DNA from: Octopus bimaculoides
Lineage: Eukaryota
Assembly: GCF_001194135.2 (NCBI RefSeq)
Contig: NC_068993.1
Span: 15,623,560 to 15,682,882, forward strand
DNA length: 59,323 bases
Direction: 5' to 3'
Position 1 is the stretch's first letter, and every line of letters begins with the position of its first letter. This document shows, piece by piece, positions 1 to 12,610 of this stretch. Position numbers and translations under genes: made by a program. The notes beneath the pieces are model-generated. The model ran no database searches. It was not told where the DNA came from and worked only from the letters and a program-made list of their open reading frames with translations.

Positions 1-639
1 TATATATAAATAAAAATCTATTTAGGTTTTAAATTACTGCTATTAAAAATATTTCAAAAATGAGTAAAAATGGAGATAACTGAACTACATTAGAATACAT
101 TCAAATTGTAGTTAACAAGTCACAAAAGAATTAAGTTAATTACATTAGTGATGAAGTTTAAATACAATATTCAGAGCAAAAATTACTCGGATTTATTGAT
201 TAACACGTTAGAGTAAAGACCGTAAACAAAAATAGCGGTCTCATCGCAAATAATCCACATATAAAATTATGATTGACAAATGAAGTAATTATGATATAAA
301 GTAGTAAGCGAGAATACTAAATAATATCGAATACTACAATAGATATTTATGAACAAAAAATACTATACAAATCTAGTTATATTATGAAAGAGAACATATC
401 ATATGTCCAAAAATTGGCGACATATAGTTAAGAATAATGGTCAAGGGGAGGTAAATCTAGCACATTAATAAATAAGAGGATTTCTGGAGAGGCTAACTGA
501 CTTTTTTTTTTTTTAAACCTAGCACAATGTTAAATTGATTATGATTTATAAAAAACATTTTTTTATAAAAACAACTTAAAGAGCAAAATAAAGGATTTGT
601 AATCTAGATAACAAAGGATATTTTAAATTACAATATTAC

Positions 640-1250
640 ATAAGACATGAATTAAAAATTTTCCTCAAATAGTAATCATATGAATTCAATCTTCATTACC
701 CATTAAAAACTAGCAAAATAAGATCCTCCTCCATATTTCACAGTCGTATGAAGGCAGAGTGGCTCAAATGCATCGTATATTCAGTCATTGGTCGGAAATA
801 AGTTAAAGGATGATTCATCCGAGAAAATAACATTCCTCCTCTACCCTAAGGACCAGTTCTGTAGGTTTTTACTCCACTATAAACGCTTTGCAACGTTTCT
901 TTTGAAAGTAGTGGTATTCTGATTGACAAAGTAACATCTGACTTTGTACAGCTTCCTACGAACAGTTTTTGTGGAAACTGCATTCTCGAGGTGGTCATTA
1001 GGCTCTGCAGTAATTTTAGGAGTCGTACTTTTGTGATCCTTACTAAAAATTCTCGGTCCCCATCTGAAAGTTTTGTTTCGACGAGGAGGGTTTTCCCTCT
1101 GTCTCAAAGGCTGTCATTACTTTCGAGACAGTACTTCTTAATACATCAAACATTTCGGCTGTTTTTTTACGCTAGTGCCTGCCATACGAGCACCAACAAT
1201 TTGACCTCTTTGAAAGTCCGATTAATGAATTTTAATTACCTTTTTCTGAT
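640..1250 (-). mobile_element. Degenerate Tc1-like transposase remnant
   Basis: Minus-strand translation gives KDHKSTTPKITAEPNDHLENAVSTKTVRRKL (Tc1/Tc3-type HTH; ORF 877-1107), NVIFSDESSFNLFP (first catalytic D, ~794-834) and TVKYGGGS (~721-745). Stops and frameshifts present. Confidence 0.85.
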
Positions 1251-1407
1251 ATCTGAAAAAAAAGATAGCAATTTTAGCAAAACATATTAAGCAACATTAA
1301 TAATACATAAAAAAAAAATAAATAAACAAGCTTTTGACGGTTTTATAGATATTTCAAAATTATGATGCTATGATGCTAGGTGTTTCCATTATTTTGTCCA
1401 ACCCTTG

Positions 1408-1589
1408 TATATATATATATATATATATATATTCTTTCTTAATGGGGAGTATTTTATTCTGAAAGAGATGTGTGTATGTGTTACACATACTTTTGTCGCT
1501 CTTATTGATTTGTAGCGGGTTTCATTTCTTTTACCCAAAAATAACGAATGTAATACATAATATCGTGCTGCTGCTGCTCCTGCTGTTGT

Positions 1590-1684
<95 letters not shown>

Positions 1685-1685
1685 T
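1408..1685. repeat. (TA)n and compound (TGC)n/(TAC)n microsatellites
   Basis: Directly visible; they explain the poly-L/V/A ORFs 1389-1853 and 1472-1708. Confidence 0.97.
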
Positions 1686-1699
1686 TTCAACCACTATTA

Positions 1700-2300
1700 A
1701 ACATTTGATATAATGGATATGCCATTTGTCTTTCTCCTGTGTGTTATGTAACGCCTGAAACATTGAGATTTCACAAACGAGTATTGTGTTGATATTCCGT
1801 TTGTATATATTGATTGTTACTTTCACACTGGGAGCAAAGGTCAGTGACATCATTTTTCTGTGAGTGCAACTCTAGTGCTATATTTCTATTGGTTGCGGTT
1901 AGTGCCATATGCAGCACTGCGATTCTTGTCCTCAAATCTCTCACATGCATCATGAACCTGCTCTGTGCTGCGATAGGAAACTCGTGGCGTAGTTATGTTA
2001 TTTTCTCCAAAAATGTTACTTCATAGGATATCTGGTAGGTACTCTTTTTATGTAGGAACTAGTCTAGCATTTGCTTGAAAGAAATCTGGGGTCAGATTTG
2101 ATACCTTCAAAATAGTTGTATTCGTGTGATTCTTCATCCATCTTTTGGTATCTAGGATGTAGTGAAGATGAACAAAGCTTCTGCAAAGATGTCAAGTCAA
2201 AGGTCTACCTGTGCAGTTCCGAAACATTTAGTATAATAACAATACTGTGTTCTTCCATGAAATTCTTAACATGCAATATACTTGCCATTTCTGCTGGTGC
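1700..2300 (-). mobile_element. Highly decayed R4/Dong-type LINE C-terminal fragment
   Basis: Minus strand, in expected order across frameshifts: LHPRY (cf. LHGRY), IAAQ, DLCSQC, QTEY, DKWHIH (cf. KWYEH). Same layout as the better-preserved copy at 19592-20095. Confidence 0.45.
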
Positions 2301-2489
2301 TTTTGTTCGAAGCAAAGAGCGAAACTGCAGAAGATTATGTGCTGGGATTTTCACTCAATAATAGAAGATTGTAACGCTTGGATTGCGTTAGTTATATCCT
2401 GGTAGGTTTGCTTAGCATTTTAATTAACATTTTACTTAATTCTGGGGGTTCAATGTGTTATCCGTAGCAGCAAAGAACAGGACTTGCTG

Positions 2490-2635
2490 CGTCCCTAACA
2501 GGATGATACTCATGCCATGCTCAGTACATTTCTAAATATTGACGCAGGTAATAAGAAAGTTAAGAGAAAGTAGGATATCTACTATTCTTGTTCCATTCAC
2601 TTGTCCGTCTATGCTGACGATGTTATAAGAGTATA
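2490..2635 (+). mobile_element. Possible non-LTR reverse-transcriptase fragment
   Basis: One frame from 2499 reads QDDTHAMLSTFLNI...DIYYSCSIHLSVYADDVI (QGD-like and YADD motifs at plausible spacing, one internal stop). Confidence 0.4.
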
Positions 2636-2734
2636 TCGCTCACATGTCAGCTTCATTAGTAGTTCATCATGTATGTTTCGACGTTCCTCTGATGAAATTA
2701 TATCAATGATATACATAGGCACATAGCATGTAAG

Positions 2735-2935
2735 TTCTTCCTTCTTCGCTGTAGCGGTCAGTGTCCAATTGTTGAACGTATCTCACGAAAGATAGTGTTT
2801 ACACCAGATGAGTGTGGTTGGCACTATCTGCACCAGTGTTGGACAGTCCGTGTTCATCATTTTTATGGGATGCAGTATTTACTCTGAAACTGGTTTTGTC
2901 GCTTCATTGTCTCTAATCCTGGTCATGCTACACTA
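2735..2935 (-). mobile_element. 3' end of an RTE-clade LINE
   Basis: Minus strand MTRIRDNEATKPVSE*..., a G.P..W.D-like segment, and YVQQ(W)T with one frameshift (RTE C-terminal signature), followed by a GAA-rich tail. Confidence 0.55.
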
Positions 2936-2999
2936 TAACTTCATTTTGTCAGTTGGTTAAAAGAATACGGAGGGTGCAATTCCTTTTACAACCTACTCA

Positions 3000-4772
3000 G
3001 AGAATATAAAAATAATATAGCTTTGTAATGTCAGTCTAGATCCACGAATAATGCTAAAATGAAGATAGATCAAGAAAATATTGCACTACATGAAGCAAGC
3101 ATGGCAGTAAGCAAGAAGGTAAGCGTTAGATCTCAAATGGAAGAAATCGACATTCTCCACAATGCGAATAAGCATGTTACTGCTTGTAAAACTCTGAGGG
3201 AAATTATCAACAACAGAACAGCTTTCACGATGATGTGCATAATGAATAAAGCGTGTCCATGATTTGTTTCAGCATTTACTTAATAACACAAAGTTATACA
3301 ACTCAAACTTTTGACGATTCTTTCTGCAAGCACAAAGCAGCAAAAAGCCTGTTCATCCATGCTGATCCAATTGTCATAGAAAATCTTCAAACATGTCCGA
3401 AAAGATTAAGAGCAAGTCTAGTAAACATACACCACTCATCTAGAAGAGTTCAGTCTTTCCACAAACATCTGTTGGATTTTTGTAACGAGATTTATGAAAC
3501 AAATAAAATAATGACCTTCCCGAAATCTTTAATTATTTTCTTCCAAAAACAAGGAATTGCCATCGGCCTGGGGGCTACAGAGAAACACACACTCTAATCT
3601 CAAAAATCTACAGCTCTATATCCATATAGTATATTACCTCTCATATTGATTTCATCATAATAATTAACAAAATCTTTTTTCCGCTAAGCAGGTTAAAACT
3701 AGTACATTCTTCGCTTTTAGAAAAATATTAAAGAGCTCAAGATCTCCAAAGTAAAAAGCATTCAATTGTGTCAAAAGAAAGGTCTTATTGAATATCTTCT
3801 TGAAATATGGTATCCCAGATGAGGTTATCAACGTCAATATTATCGTGTACAAGAACGCATCAAGCATTCTACAAAATACAGACGATCCAGCTAAATAGAT
3901 TTCCAAAATTGCAAGAATCTTTCAGGATGATACCCTATCTCGTAGGGGCCGAAACCGGACGCGGTTCCTCCTGATGATGNNNNNNNNNNAGGAGCTGTTG
4001 TGGTAGCAGACCACGAAACATGGTTGAAATTCCTCCTTCGGGAATGTAGAGGATTATATCATTTGACACAGTCTGGATCGCATGTTAGATAAAGGCCTAA
4101 TCATCAAGCAGATGTGATCAAGACATCGACATAGTGAAATTATTTCGCTGACAATGAGTATGCTAATGATGTTTACGTAACGGCCTCACCAACTCCGGGA
4201 TGTGCAAAACTTGTTAAAACCGCTGGTGAATGACACAACAAATGTCAATCTATTTCTCAAATGCAAAGAATACGGAATACGTAACTATCAATGAGGCTGA
4301 AAGCTCTTTGCTAATTTCTTCCAGCGATGACACGTAAATCAAGAAGGTCGTTAATATAAGTACCTTGGATTCTACATTGCTGAGGGTAAGAAATGCTGCC
4401 TTATCTGCATGAAACTATATTGGAGTGCTTGTAACACACTAAGCTTCAAGATATTCGGCAATCAACTATTTCAAATAAGCCTCTTTCTCTATTGAGCTGA
4501 AACCTTGACAACAAAGGAGATTCAACATCACTTCAAGTGTGCTTACATCAGGTTTCTCCTCAAGCTTTAAAACATCCCATGGCATAAGCATATGACGAAT
4601 AGGAGAATTATGGAGACATTCTACTCATTTCAACGCGGGTAAACTAGGTTTTTTTTTCCTTTGCTACCGTACCAAACAACATGCAATAGCTGTTATATTT
4701 TGGGCACATTCGCAAGATAATTGAGGACGAGCACACACATTTATATATGTGTGTGTTATCATTATTATTATT

Positions 4773-4818
<46 letters not shown>

Positions 4819-4915
4819 GGTTGTTAGGAGATACACGACATGAAGGGCAGAAATACCTGGCATCGCATCGTGACGCGCGTGGAGATGGCAACCTCTGGAA
4901 GGAGAGGATAATTAG
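3000..4915 (+). mobile_element. Degenerate RTE-clade LINE (RT domain to C-terminus)
   Basis: KAFNCV (3755-3772), KYGIPDEVI (~3803-3830), QDDTLS (3923-3940), EYANDV (4156-4173), YKYLG (4355-4369), CYRTKQHAI...GRAHTFI (~4665-4745), RNTWHRIV (~4845-4870). Interrupted by a gap, a short insertion and a (GTT)n repeat. Confidence 0.85.
3951..4025 (+). ncRNA. Doubtful hammerhead-like motif(s) split by a 10-N gap
   Basis: GAAA-CCG-gacg-CGG-TT (3951-3966), CTGATGA (3971-3977), gap, then CTG-ttgtggtag-CAG...GAAAC-ATG-GTT (3995-4025). Stems incomplete. Confidence 0.2.
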
Positions 4916-4994
4916 ATTACGCTGTTTCCAGTATATATACACTTTTAAGTATATGCACACATATATACACACACAAATGCGTGTATGTATGTGT

Positions 4995-5030
<36 letters not shown>

Positions 5031-5075
5031 GTGTGTATCTGCGGCTGTACTTCTGTGTGAGTGTGTGTGTGTTGA
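4760..5075. repeat. (ATT)n/(GTT)n and (GT)n microsatellites
   Basis: Directly visible. Confidence 0.95.
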
Positions 5076-5235
5076 GATACTTTCACACAGATTTTCCCTA
5101 CTAAATTCACTCACAAGGCATTAGCCAGAATGGGGCTACAGTGCTACATTAGAAGACACTTGCCCAAGGTGCCGCGCGGTGAGAGGGAACCCGAAACACA
5201 TGGTTGCAAAAGCGAGCTTTTTAAACACTCAGTTG
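5075..5235 (-). mobile_element. tRNA-derived SINE, family B, 5' part
   Basis: gaagacacttgcccaaggtgccgcgc...gaacccgaaac is the reverse complement of the head at 13340-13430 and 49815-49930. Confidence 0.85.
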
Positions 5236-5680
5236 TAGGAATGATGTGAAGGCGTAGAGATGTGAAGGTTTTTTCCCCTCTGTACATCGGAATCACTTCC
5301 TCTCGCCTACTTCAATGTTATTAAATCGCAGAATAATCTTTCATTGATGTCATCAAATTGCGACACTACATACAGTAGTTCTCTTGATGACGACAACTCA
5401 CAAGTAAACTCTATCACATGCATCACACACACACAGTCACACACACACACACACACACATACACTCTTCAACACATTTCTGGATGCACACAAAGGAAAAG
5501 ACATACGAGTGTACACAGTAGCGTGTATACAGCATGCATGTAGAAACATTTACAATTATATACGCACGCACTTCCACTCATATTAAGAGAACAGTGTGTA
5601 TAAATTAGTCTACAAACAATCAATTTACACATGAATATGTGCACTGATACGTATGCGTGCACACATTTCCTCTGATATAT

Positions 5681-5713
<33 letters not shown>

Positions 5714-5732
5714 TATATATATNNNNNNNNNN

Positions 5733-5765
<33 letters not shown>

Positions 5766-6770
5766 TGTATGTATGTATGTGAGTGTCAACTCATCATTGT
5801 GCACGCGCACCCACACGCCCACACATGCAGAAAATACCGGTACAGAACTGCACATATTCACACACAGGCTTGAAGAGCCGTACCTGTGTGCACATACACG
5901 CATGCTCATACATACGCATGAGGACATAGGCAAACATTGCCTTCATATATATATATATATATATATANNNNNNNNNNNNNNNNNNNNNNNNNNNNNNNNN
6001 NNNNNNNNNNNNNNNNNNNNNNNNNNNNNNNNNNNNNNNNNNNNNNNNNNNNNNNNNNNNNNNNNNNNNNNNNNNNNNNNNNNNNNNNNNNNNNNNNNNN
6101 NNNNNNNNNNNNNNNNNNNNNNNNNNNNNNNNNNNNNNNNNNNNNNNNNNNNNNNNNNNNNNNNNNNNNNNNNNNNNNNNNNNNNNNNNNNNNNNNNNNN
6201 NNNNNNNNNNNNNNNNNNNNNNNNNNNNNNNNNNNNNNNNNNNNNNNNNNNNNNNNNNNNNNNNNNNNNNNNNNNNNNNNNNNNNNNNNNNNNNNNNNNN
6301 NNNNNNNNNNNNNNNNNNNNNNNNNNNNNNNNNNNNNNNNNNNNNNNNNNNNNNNNNNNNNNNNNNNNNNNNNNNNNNNNNNNNNNNNNNNNNNNNNNNN
6401 NNNNNNNNNNNNNNNNNNNNNNNNNNNNNNNNNNNNNNNNNNNNNNNNNNNNNNNNNNNNNNNNNNNNNNNNNNNNNNNNNNNNNNNNNNNNNNNNNNNN
6501 NNNNNNNNNNNNNNNNNNNNNNNNNNNNNNNNNNNNNNNNNNNNNNNNNNNNNNNNNNNNNNNNNNNNNNNNNNNNNNNNNNNNNNNNNNNNNNNNNNNN
6601 NNNNNNNNNNNNNNNNNNNNNNNNNNNNNNNNNNNNNNNNNNNNNNNNNNNNNNNNNNNNNNNNNNNNNNNNNNNNNNNNNNNNNNNNNNNNNNNNNNNN
6701 NNNNNNNNNNNNNNNNNNNCAGTGACACAAGCTTTTATAAACCATGACAGCATATACACATACACACAAA

Positions 6771-7060
6771 AGAGCGTTCACCCATGTTTACTTATACACA
6801 CAGACATATACACGCACATATATACACCACACAGAAACGTACACACACAGTATAACAAATGACAAATACACACACATACACACTTATACACATATACACA
6901 TAAGAGCGTTCACCCATGTTTAGTGATACACACAGATATATACACGCACATATATATACACGCACATATATACAACCAGACAGAAACGTACACACGCAGT
7001 ATGACAAATGACAAATACACACACATACAGACTTACATAGAAGCACAGTCACCCACACAC
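6771..7060. repeat. Two-copy ~132-bp CA-rich tandem repeat
   Basis: agagcgttcacccatgttta starts at 6771 and 6903; downstream cagaaacgtacacac...caaatgacaaatacacacacatac is repeated with substitutions. Confidence 0.9.
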
Positions 7061-7324
7061 ACACACACACACACACAGCTTCTCATATAATCATCATCAA
7101 CTCCAATTCATCCAAAACCCAGCCGTTTTCTTCTACATTTCCACTTCACAGTCTGTTTTCCACATCAGCAAAGCGCATCATCATCTCCGACGTGACAACA
7201 CCAACTGCTATTATCGTGTGATCACATTAACTTTCTGACGTACTGTTTGCTGTAAGTGAGGTGGCTGTAGATAATTTTTAAACGCTGCTGTAGTTACTGG
7301 TCTTGTAGATAATGTACAGTTTAG

Positions 7325-7534
7325 TAGTAATAGTAGTAGTGGTGATGGTGGTGGTGGTGGTGGTGGTGGTGGTAAAGCTAGTAGCAGAAGCAGCAGTAGC
7401 AGTAGCAGTCGTGGAAATAGTTGTAGTATTAGTAGTGGTGATGTTGGAGTTGGTGGTGGTAATGGTGCTAGTGGTGGTGATGATGGTGGCAGCAGCAGCA
7501 GCAGCCGTAGTAGAAGTAGTAGTGGTAGTAGTGA

Positions 7535-7571
<37 letters not shown>

Positions 7572-7633
7572 TGAAGCTACAGTAGTTCTACTATTACTAC
7601 TACCAATAGTACCACTGTAACTTCAACTATTAG

Positions 7634-7667
<34 letters not shown>

Positions 7668-7725
7668 GCTACTACTACTACTACTTCTACTTCTACTAGT
7701 AGTAGTAATAGTTGTTGTTGTTCTT
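7325..7725. repeat. Compound trinucleotide microsatellite (GTA/GTG/GCA/TAC)
   Basis: Directly visible; explains the poly-V ORF 7312-7620. Confidence 0.95.
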
Positions 7726-8017
7726 CTTGTTGTTATAGCAATTGATGAATTTCCTTATATATTATTTAATCTCGAAACTGTTTCAAGGTTCAATTTCGAG
7801 ATGTTTTTTTTTTTAGATTACTTTAAATTTATATAGTTTTTTTTTTTCGTTTGTTTTGCTTTCCTTTCTTTTTCATGTGTCTGATTGTGTCTGTGTGTGT
7901 GTGCGTACGCGCGTAGTGGATCTACGTCGGTCGTCTATGAAGATTCAGTTGTTAATTCAACCTTATTACCTGCTCCTAAATTTTCGTACGCACACACAGA
8001 GAGACTCACACTCATGC

Positions 8018-8059
<42 letters not shown>

Positions 8060-8326
8060 CGACCATGTCGATTGACAGCGCTACTGTATACGTAACCGAG
8101 TGTAACCAGCCTGTTCCATTGTTGTATGTTGTCAACATGGTGGCGGTAATCTCACCACATTTTCTCCGTCAGGTGAATGATTTTCGCACTTTAACATCCT
8201 GCAGTATAGAGAAAATGCCATTACACAAAGAAGACTGACTCGGTGAAACAAACAGGTGAGCCACTAGGAGAAGCTAAAGGAACTGAGGCTCTTCTCCGTA
8301 GAGGGAAGACATGAAAGATATTCAGT

Positions 8327-8475
8327 GATATATATATATATATATATAGCTCGAATTTACAGAAAACAAACTACGAAGGTCAAGTGAGAGTTCAACAGCC
8401 AGGTGTATAAGTTTGACGCTCGGGGAAAATTGGAAAGTCTTCGACTTTTCTAGCTTACGCTCGTGACAGAGGGGA
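8327..8475 (-). mobile_element. Short HHR-bearing repeat, family H1 (degenerate copy) with (TA)n tail
   Basis: Minus strand CTGTCAC-GAGC-gtaa-GCTA-GAAAA-GTC (8443-8469), then ~110 nt homologous to 42245-42345, then (TA)n. Confidence 0.6.
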
Positions 8476-8489
8476 TGATATTGGTTTGT

Positions 8490-8645
8490 TTACGTCCTCG
8501 TAACTTAGCGGTGTTCAGGAAAAGGGTCTGGTAGAATACGTACCAGGCTTTAAAAAAATAAGTACCAGAGTCGATTCATTCATCCAAAAGTCATTCAAGG
8601 CAGTGCCCCAATATGACCGCGGTCTAATGACTGAAACAGATAACA
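8490..8645 (+). mobile_element. SINE family B, 3' part
   Basis: gtaacttagcgg...gtagaatacgtaccaggc...gcagtgccccaatatgaccgcggtctaatgactgaaacag matches the B tails at 12421-12610 and 26940-27130 (opposite strand). Confidence 0.8.
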
Positions 8646-8655
8646 TATATATAAT

Positions 8656-8686
<31 letters not shown>

Positions 8687-8959
8687 GAAAATCCATCTGA
8701 TTGCAAAGCTAATTACTTAACATCCGTATCTACGCCTATCTATTAAATTATGCAACGAGATATCTACTGTTATGTTTTGAGAATTATCACATTAATTTTG
8801 AAAAACCACCTGGATTTTTCCGTATGTACAGTGTTATACATGAAGACAGTTATCCATAATGTTTTATTCATAATGTCTTAAGCCATAAGAAATTATCGTG
8901 AGATATAATTAAACAGGTAAATGAATAATTAACTTGAGATATAATTACTGAAGGCGGCA

Positions 8960-9275
8960 AATTAACAGAGTTAGTAGTATACCTCCTCGTCTGAGGTGTA
9001 AAAGTTGGAGGTGGCGCACCACTATGTCAGCACCTGTAATTCTAGCATCCAAAAATCGCCCCCTGGTTATCATCACTTTTGAATAAAGCCCAAGGACACT
9101 AAAACGTCTCGACTTGTCTCTATCATTTCCTGTTAATATGCAAAGTGTACTGGAATGACTTTCTTGAGAGGTCCAATGTCTCAGTGTTTGCGACACGGAT
9201 TCTCATCCTCACCTTGCAGCAGGCGGTAGCGAAAAACTTTCCATTGCGTGCTGGAGATCACCTTCTAACAAACCA
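8960..9275 (-). mobile_element. Possible old RTE fragment
   Basis: Minus strand ...CCKVRMRIRVANTETLD resembles the RTE post-RT motif W.D.V.NTEVL; weak. Confidence 0.3.
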
Positions 9276-9283
9276 AGTAGCAT

Positions 9284-9633
9284 GGATGGATGGTTGGATG
9301 AATGAAGGGTGGGTGGGTGGTTGGAGGGGTGGAGGGATGGAGGAAGAGGAAGGAAGAAAGGGATGGATGCATACCTGTACGAATGGATGGATGGAAGATT
9401 GGAGGGATGGAGGGATGTATACGAGGGATTGATGTATGCATGTATGTAGGTATGTATGTATGTATGGGTGGGTGGGTCGGTCGGTGGTTGAGTGGGTGGA
9501 TGGATGGATGGTTGGATGAATGAAGGGTGGGTGGGTGGTTGGAGGGGTGGAGGGATGGAGGAAGAGGAAGGAAGAAAGGGATGGATGCATACCTGTACGA
9601 ATGGATGGATGGAAGATTGGAGGGATGGAGGGA
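9284..9633 (+). repeat. G-rich (GGAT/GGGT) minisatellite, period ~218 bp, ending in a gap
   Basis: ggatggatggttggatgaatgaagggtggg...ggagggatggaggga starts at 9284 and 9502. Confidence 0.85.
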
Positions 9634-10000
9634 NNNNNNNNNNNNNNNNNNNNNNNNNNNNNNNNNNNNNNNNNNNNNNNNNNNNNNNNNNNNNNNNNNN
9701 NNNNNNNNNNNNNNNNNNNNNNNNNNNNNNNNNNNNNNNNNNNNNNNNNNNNNNNNNNNNNNNNNNNNNNNNNNNNNNNNNNNNNNNNNNNNNNNNNNNN
9801 NNNNNNNNNNNNNNNNNNNNNNNNNNNNNNNNNNNNNNNNNNNNNNNNNNNNNNNNNNNNNNNNNNNNNNNNNNNNNNNNNNNNNNNNNNNNNNNNNNNN
9901 NNNNNNNNNNNNNNNNNNNNNNNNNNNNNNNNNNNNNNNNNNNNNNNNNNNNNNNNNNNNNNNNNNNNNNNNNNNNNNNNNNNNNNNNNNNNNNNNNNNN

Positions 10001-10060
<60 letters not shown>

Positions 10061-10294
10061 CAAACATATAACATGGTAGATAAATATTACTACATTACGG
10101 TGACTTAGTTACATGCAAGATAGACCATTTTTTCATTTGGATATCAAAGAACAAAATAATATCCAATCTGTGGAAAAGTCCGCGTAACAGGAATATTTCG
10201 TACAGAGAAATACAGTAACATTTATTTCCTATATCAAGCAATAACTCTATACACGGTATATAGTATTCTTAGTTTGGCTCATGAGACGACTTAA

Positions 10295-10373
10295 AAATTA
10301 TTATTATTATTATTATTACTACTACTACTACTACTAATACTAATACTACTACTACTACTACTACTATTATTAT

Positions 10374-10412
<39 letters not shown>
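10295..10412. repeat. (TAT)n/(TAC)n microsatellite
   Basis: Directly visible. Confidence 0.95.
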
Positions 10413-10416
<4 letters not shown>

Positions 10417-10534
10417 GCTACTACTACTACGGGGTCAATAAATTAATTACCAGTTACACACTGGGGTCGATTTAATTGGCTAGTCCCCTCCTCCAAAATT
10501 TCAGGCCTTGTACCCTTAGTAAAAAGGATTATTA

Positions 10535-10535
<1 letters not shown>
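10412..10535 (+). mobile_element. SINE family A, 3' part with (ATT) tail
   Basis: taccagttacacactggggtcgatttaattggctagtcccctcctccaaaatttcaggccttgtacc...ggattattatt; matches 34830-34890 and the 55090-55200 copy. Confidence 0.85.
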
Positions 10536-10536
<1 letters not shown>

Positions 10537-10572
<36 letters not shown>

Positions 10573-11119
10573 TGTGTCTGTGTGTCTGTGTGTGTCTGTG
10601 TATCTGTGTGTGTGTGTGTGTGTGTGTGTTGTTACTTTTCAAAGCCCGGTACATATTCCGTTTCTTTTGCCGAACTGCTAAGTTACGAGGACATAAGAAA
10701 GCACACACACAGATACACAGACACACATACACACGCATACATACACATACACAGACACACACACACACACAAACACATACACACACAAACACACACACAC
10801 ATATACACACATANNNNNNNNNNNNNNNNNNNNNNNNNNNNNNNNNNNNNNNNNNNNNNNNNNNNNNNNNNNNNNNNNNNNNNNNNNNNNNNNNNNNNNN
10901 NNNNNNNNNNNNNNNNNNNNNNNNNNNNNNNNNNNNNNNNNNNNNNNNNNNNNNNNNNNNNNNNNNNNNNNNNNNNNNNNNNNNNNNNNNNNNNNNNNNN
11001 NNNNNNNNNNNNNNNNNNNNNNNNNNNNNNNNNNNNNNNNNNNNNNNNNNNNNNNNNNNNNNNNNNNNNNNNNNNNNNNNNNNNNNNNNNNNNNNNNNNN
11101 NNNNNNNNNNNNNNNNNNN

Positions 11120-11155
<36 letters not shown>

Positions 11156-12068
11156 CAGTACATATTGTTTCCTATATAATGGTCTGTGTGTCTGTGTGTG
11201 CATGCGTGTGTTTGTGTGTGTGTGTCAGTACGCTAATTAACCAAAACGTTATTTTCCACTTAAACCAAAAAGTAATCATTATAACGATCTTCAGATATTG
11301 TAATTTTTGGTAGAGCAGTCAAATCAGTATCTTTAATATCAATCCATTGGAATCAAATATAGCTTTTTTGACGGTCCTGATATGATGTTCAACCAGGTCT
11401 AACTATCACCGCCTAGAATTTCTGTGAATATTAAAACAATTTTTTTTTACTTCAGTTTATTTATTATTTTTATCTTTTGCGTTTCTATTTTTTTATCCTC
11501 CTGATTGGCGTAATCGTCCGTTCGATCAGATGAAGACTGCTTCTATGGACTGAGACGCTGAAAAGCCAATAAACCAACCCTGACTACAATTAAGTATTTG
11601 GAGGAATCGTGCTGGCTGCTCCTGTTAAGCTCCGAATGAACTGCTAGTTTTTTGCTATTGATAACTATCTATTTATGTCGCTGAATGTGAATTTTGTTAA
11701 CGTGGACAATAGGAGGGATATTGCAAGGCTTTCAATGCAGCATTATACATCATTAAAGTTAAGATAACGTTAACATATTAGTATTACAGACACACACTGG
11801 CACACTGACACATACACAAACACACACACACTCACACACAAAGACAAATGCACACACACAGAGAGGCACACGTACACACACAATCACACAGTCTCACACA
11901 CGAAAACAAACACATACATACACACTCACACACAAGCAAACCACACACAGACACACACACAAGCACAAACACACACACAAACACACACACACAAACACAC
12001 ACACATACATACACACACACAAACACAAACACACACAACGCACACAAACACAAACACACACACACACA
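10537..12068. repeat. (GT)n/(CA)n degenerate dinucleotide tracts (10537-10813, 11788-12068) with a gap
   Basis: Directly visible. Confidence 0.9.
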
Positions 12069-12079
12069 TGAGCTTATAG

Positions 12080-12240
12080 ATTCGTTAAGTACACGACAAA
12101 ATATTTCGCAGCATTCGTCCGCCTTTATGTTTTGAGTTCAAATTCCTCAGATGTCGACTTTGCCTTTCATCCTGACGGATTCGATAAAATAAGTAGAATT
12201 TGAGCACTGAGCTCGATGTAGTTGACTTAATCAATCTCCC
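12080..12240 (+). mobile_element. SINE family A
   Basis: gagttcaaattcc (B-box-like), gtcgactttgcctttcatcc, gataaaataag, gagcactgagctcgatg. Confidence 0.8.
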
Positions 12241-12420
12241 TCACAGTCACATCGCCATGACCACCACAACTCGGTGACCTTGTACCAACATTTGAACCCA
12301 ATATTACACACAGACACAGACACAGACACACAGATTCACACACAAACACAAACAAACAAACAGAGCATTGGAAAGTTAACTGGACGTTGATGAACTGCTG
12401 AAGAAAAAGCAAAATCAATC

Positions 12421-12610
12421 TTTTATCTTTGTTTCAGTTATTGGATTGCGGCCACGCTGGGGCACTACCGTGAAGAATTTTTATATGAGTGAATGGACCC
12501 CAGTACTATATTTTTTAGCTTAGTACTTATTCTATCGGCTCTTTGCCGACAGTTAAGTCAGGGGGACTTAAACAAACCAACATCGCTTACCAAGCGGTGT
12601 TGGTGTGATT
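12421..12610 (-). mobile_element. SINE family B, 3' part
   Basis: gtttcagttattggattgcggccacgctggggcac...gtacttattctatcgg; a second short tail at ~12695-12745. Confidence 0.8.

Noticed and set aside
4826-4870. Fragments resembling U1 snRNA (GGAGATAC, TACCTGGCA)
   Set aside because: Wrong order, no Sm site or stems; explained as the RTE C-terminus.
7152-7257. Exon-like segment bounded by CAG and GTAAGT on the plus strand
   Set aside because: Stops in all three frames; a non-coding exon cannot be supported without transcripts.
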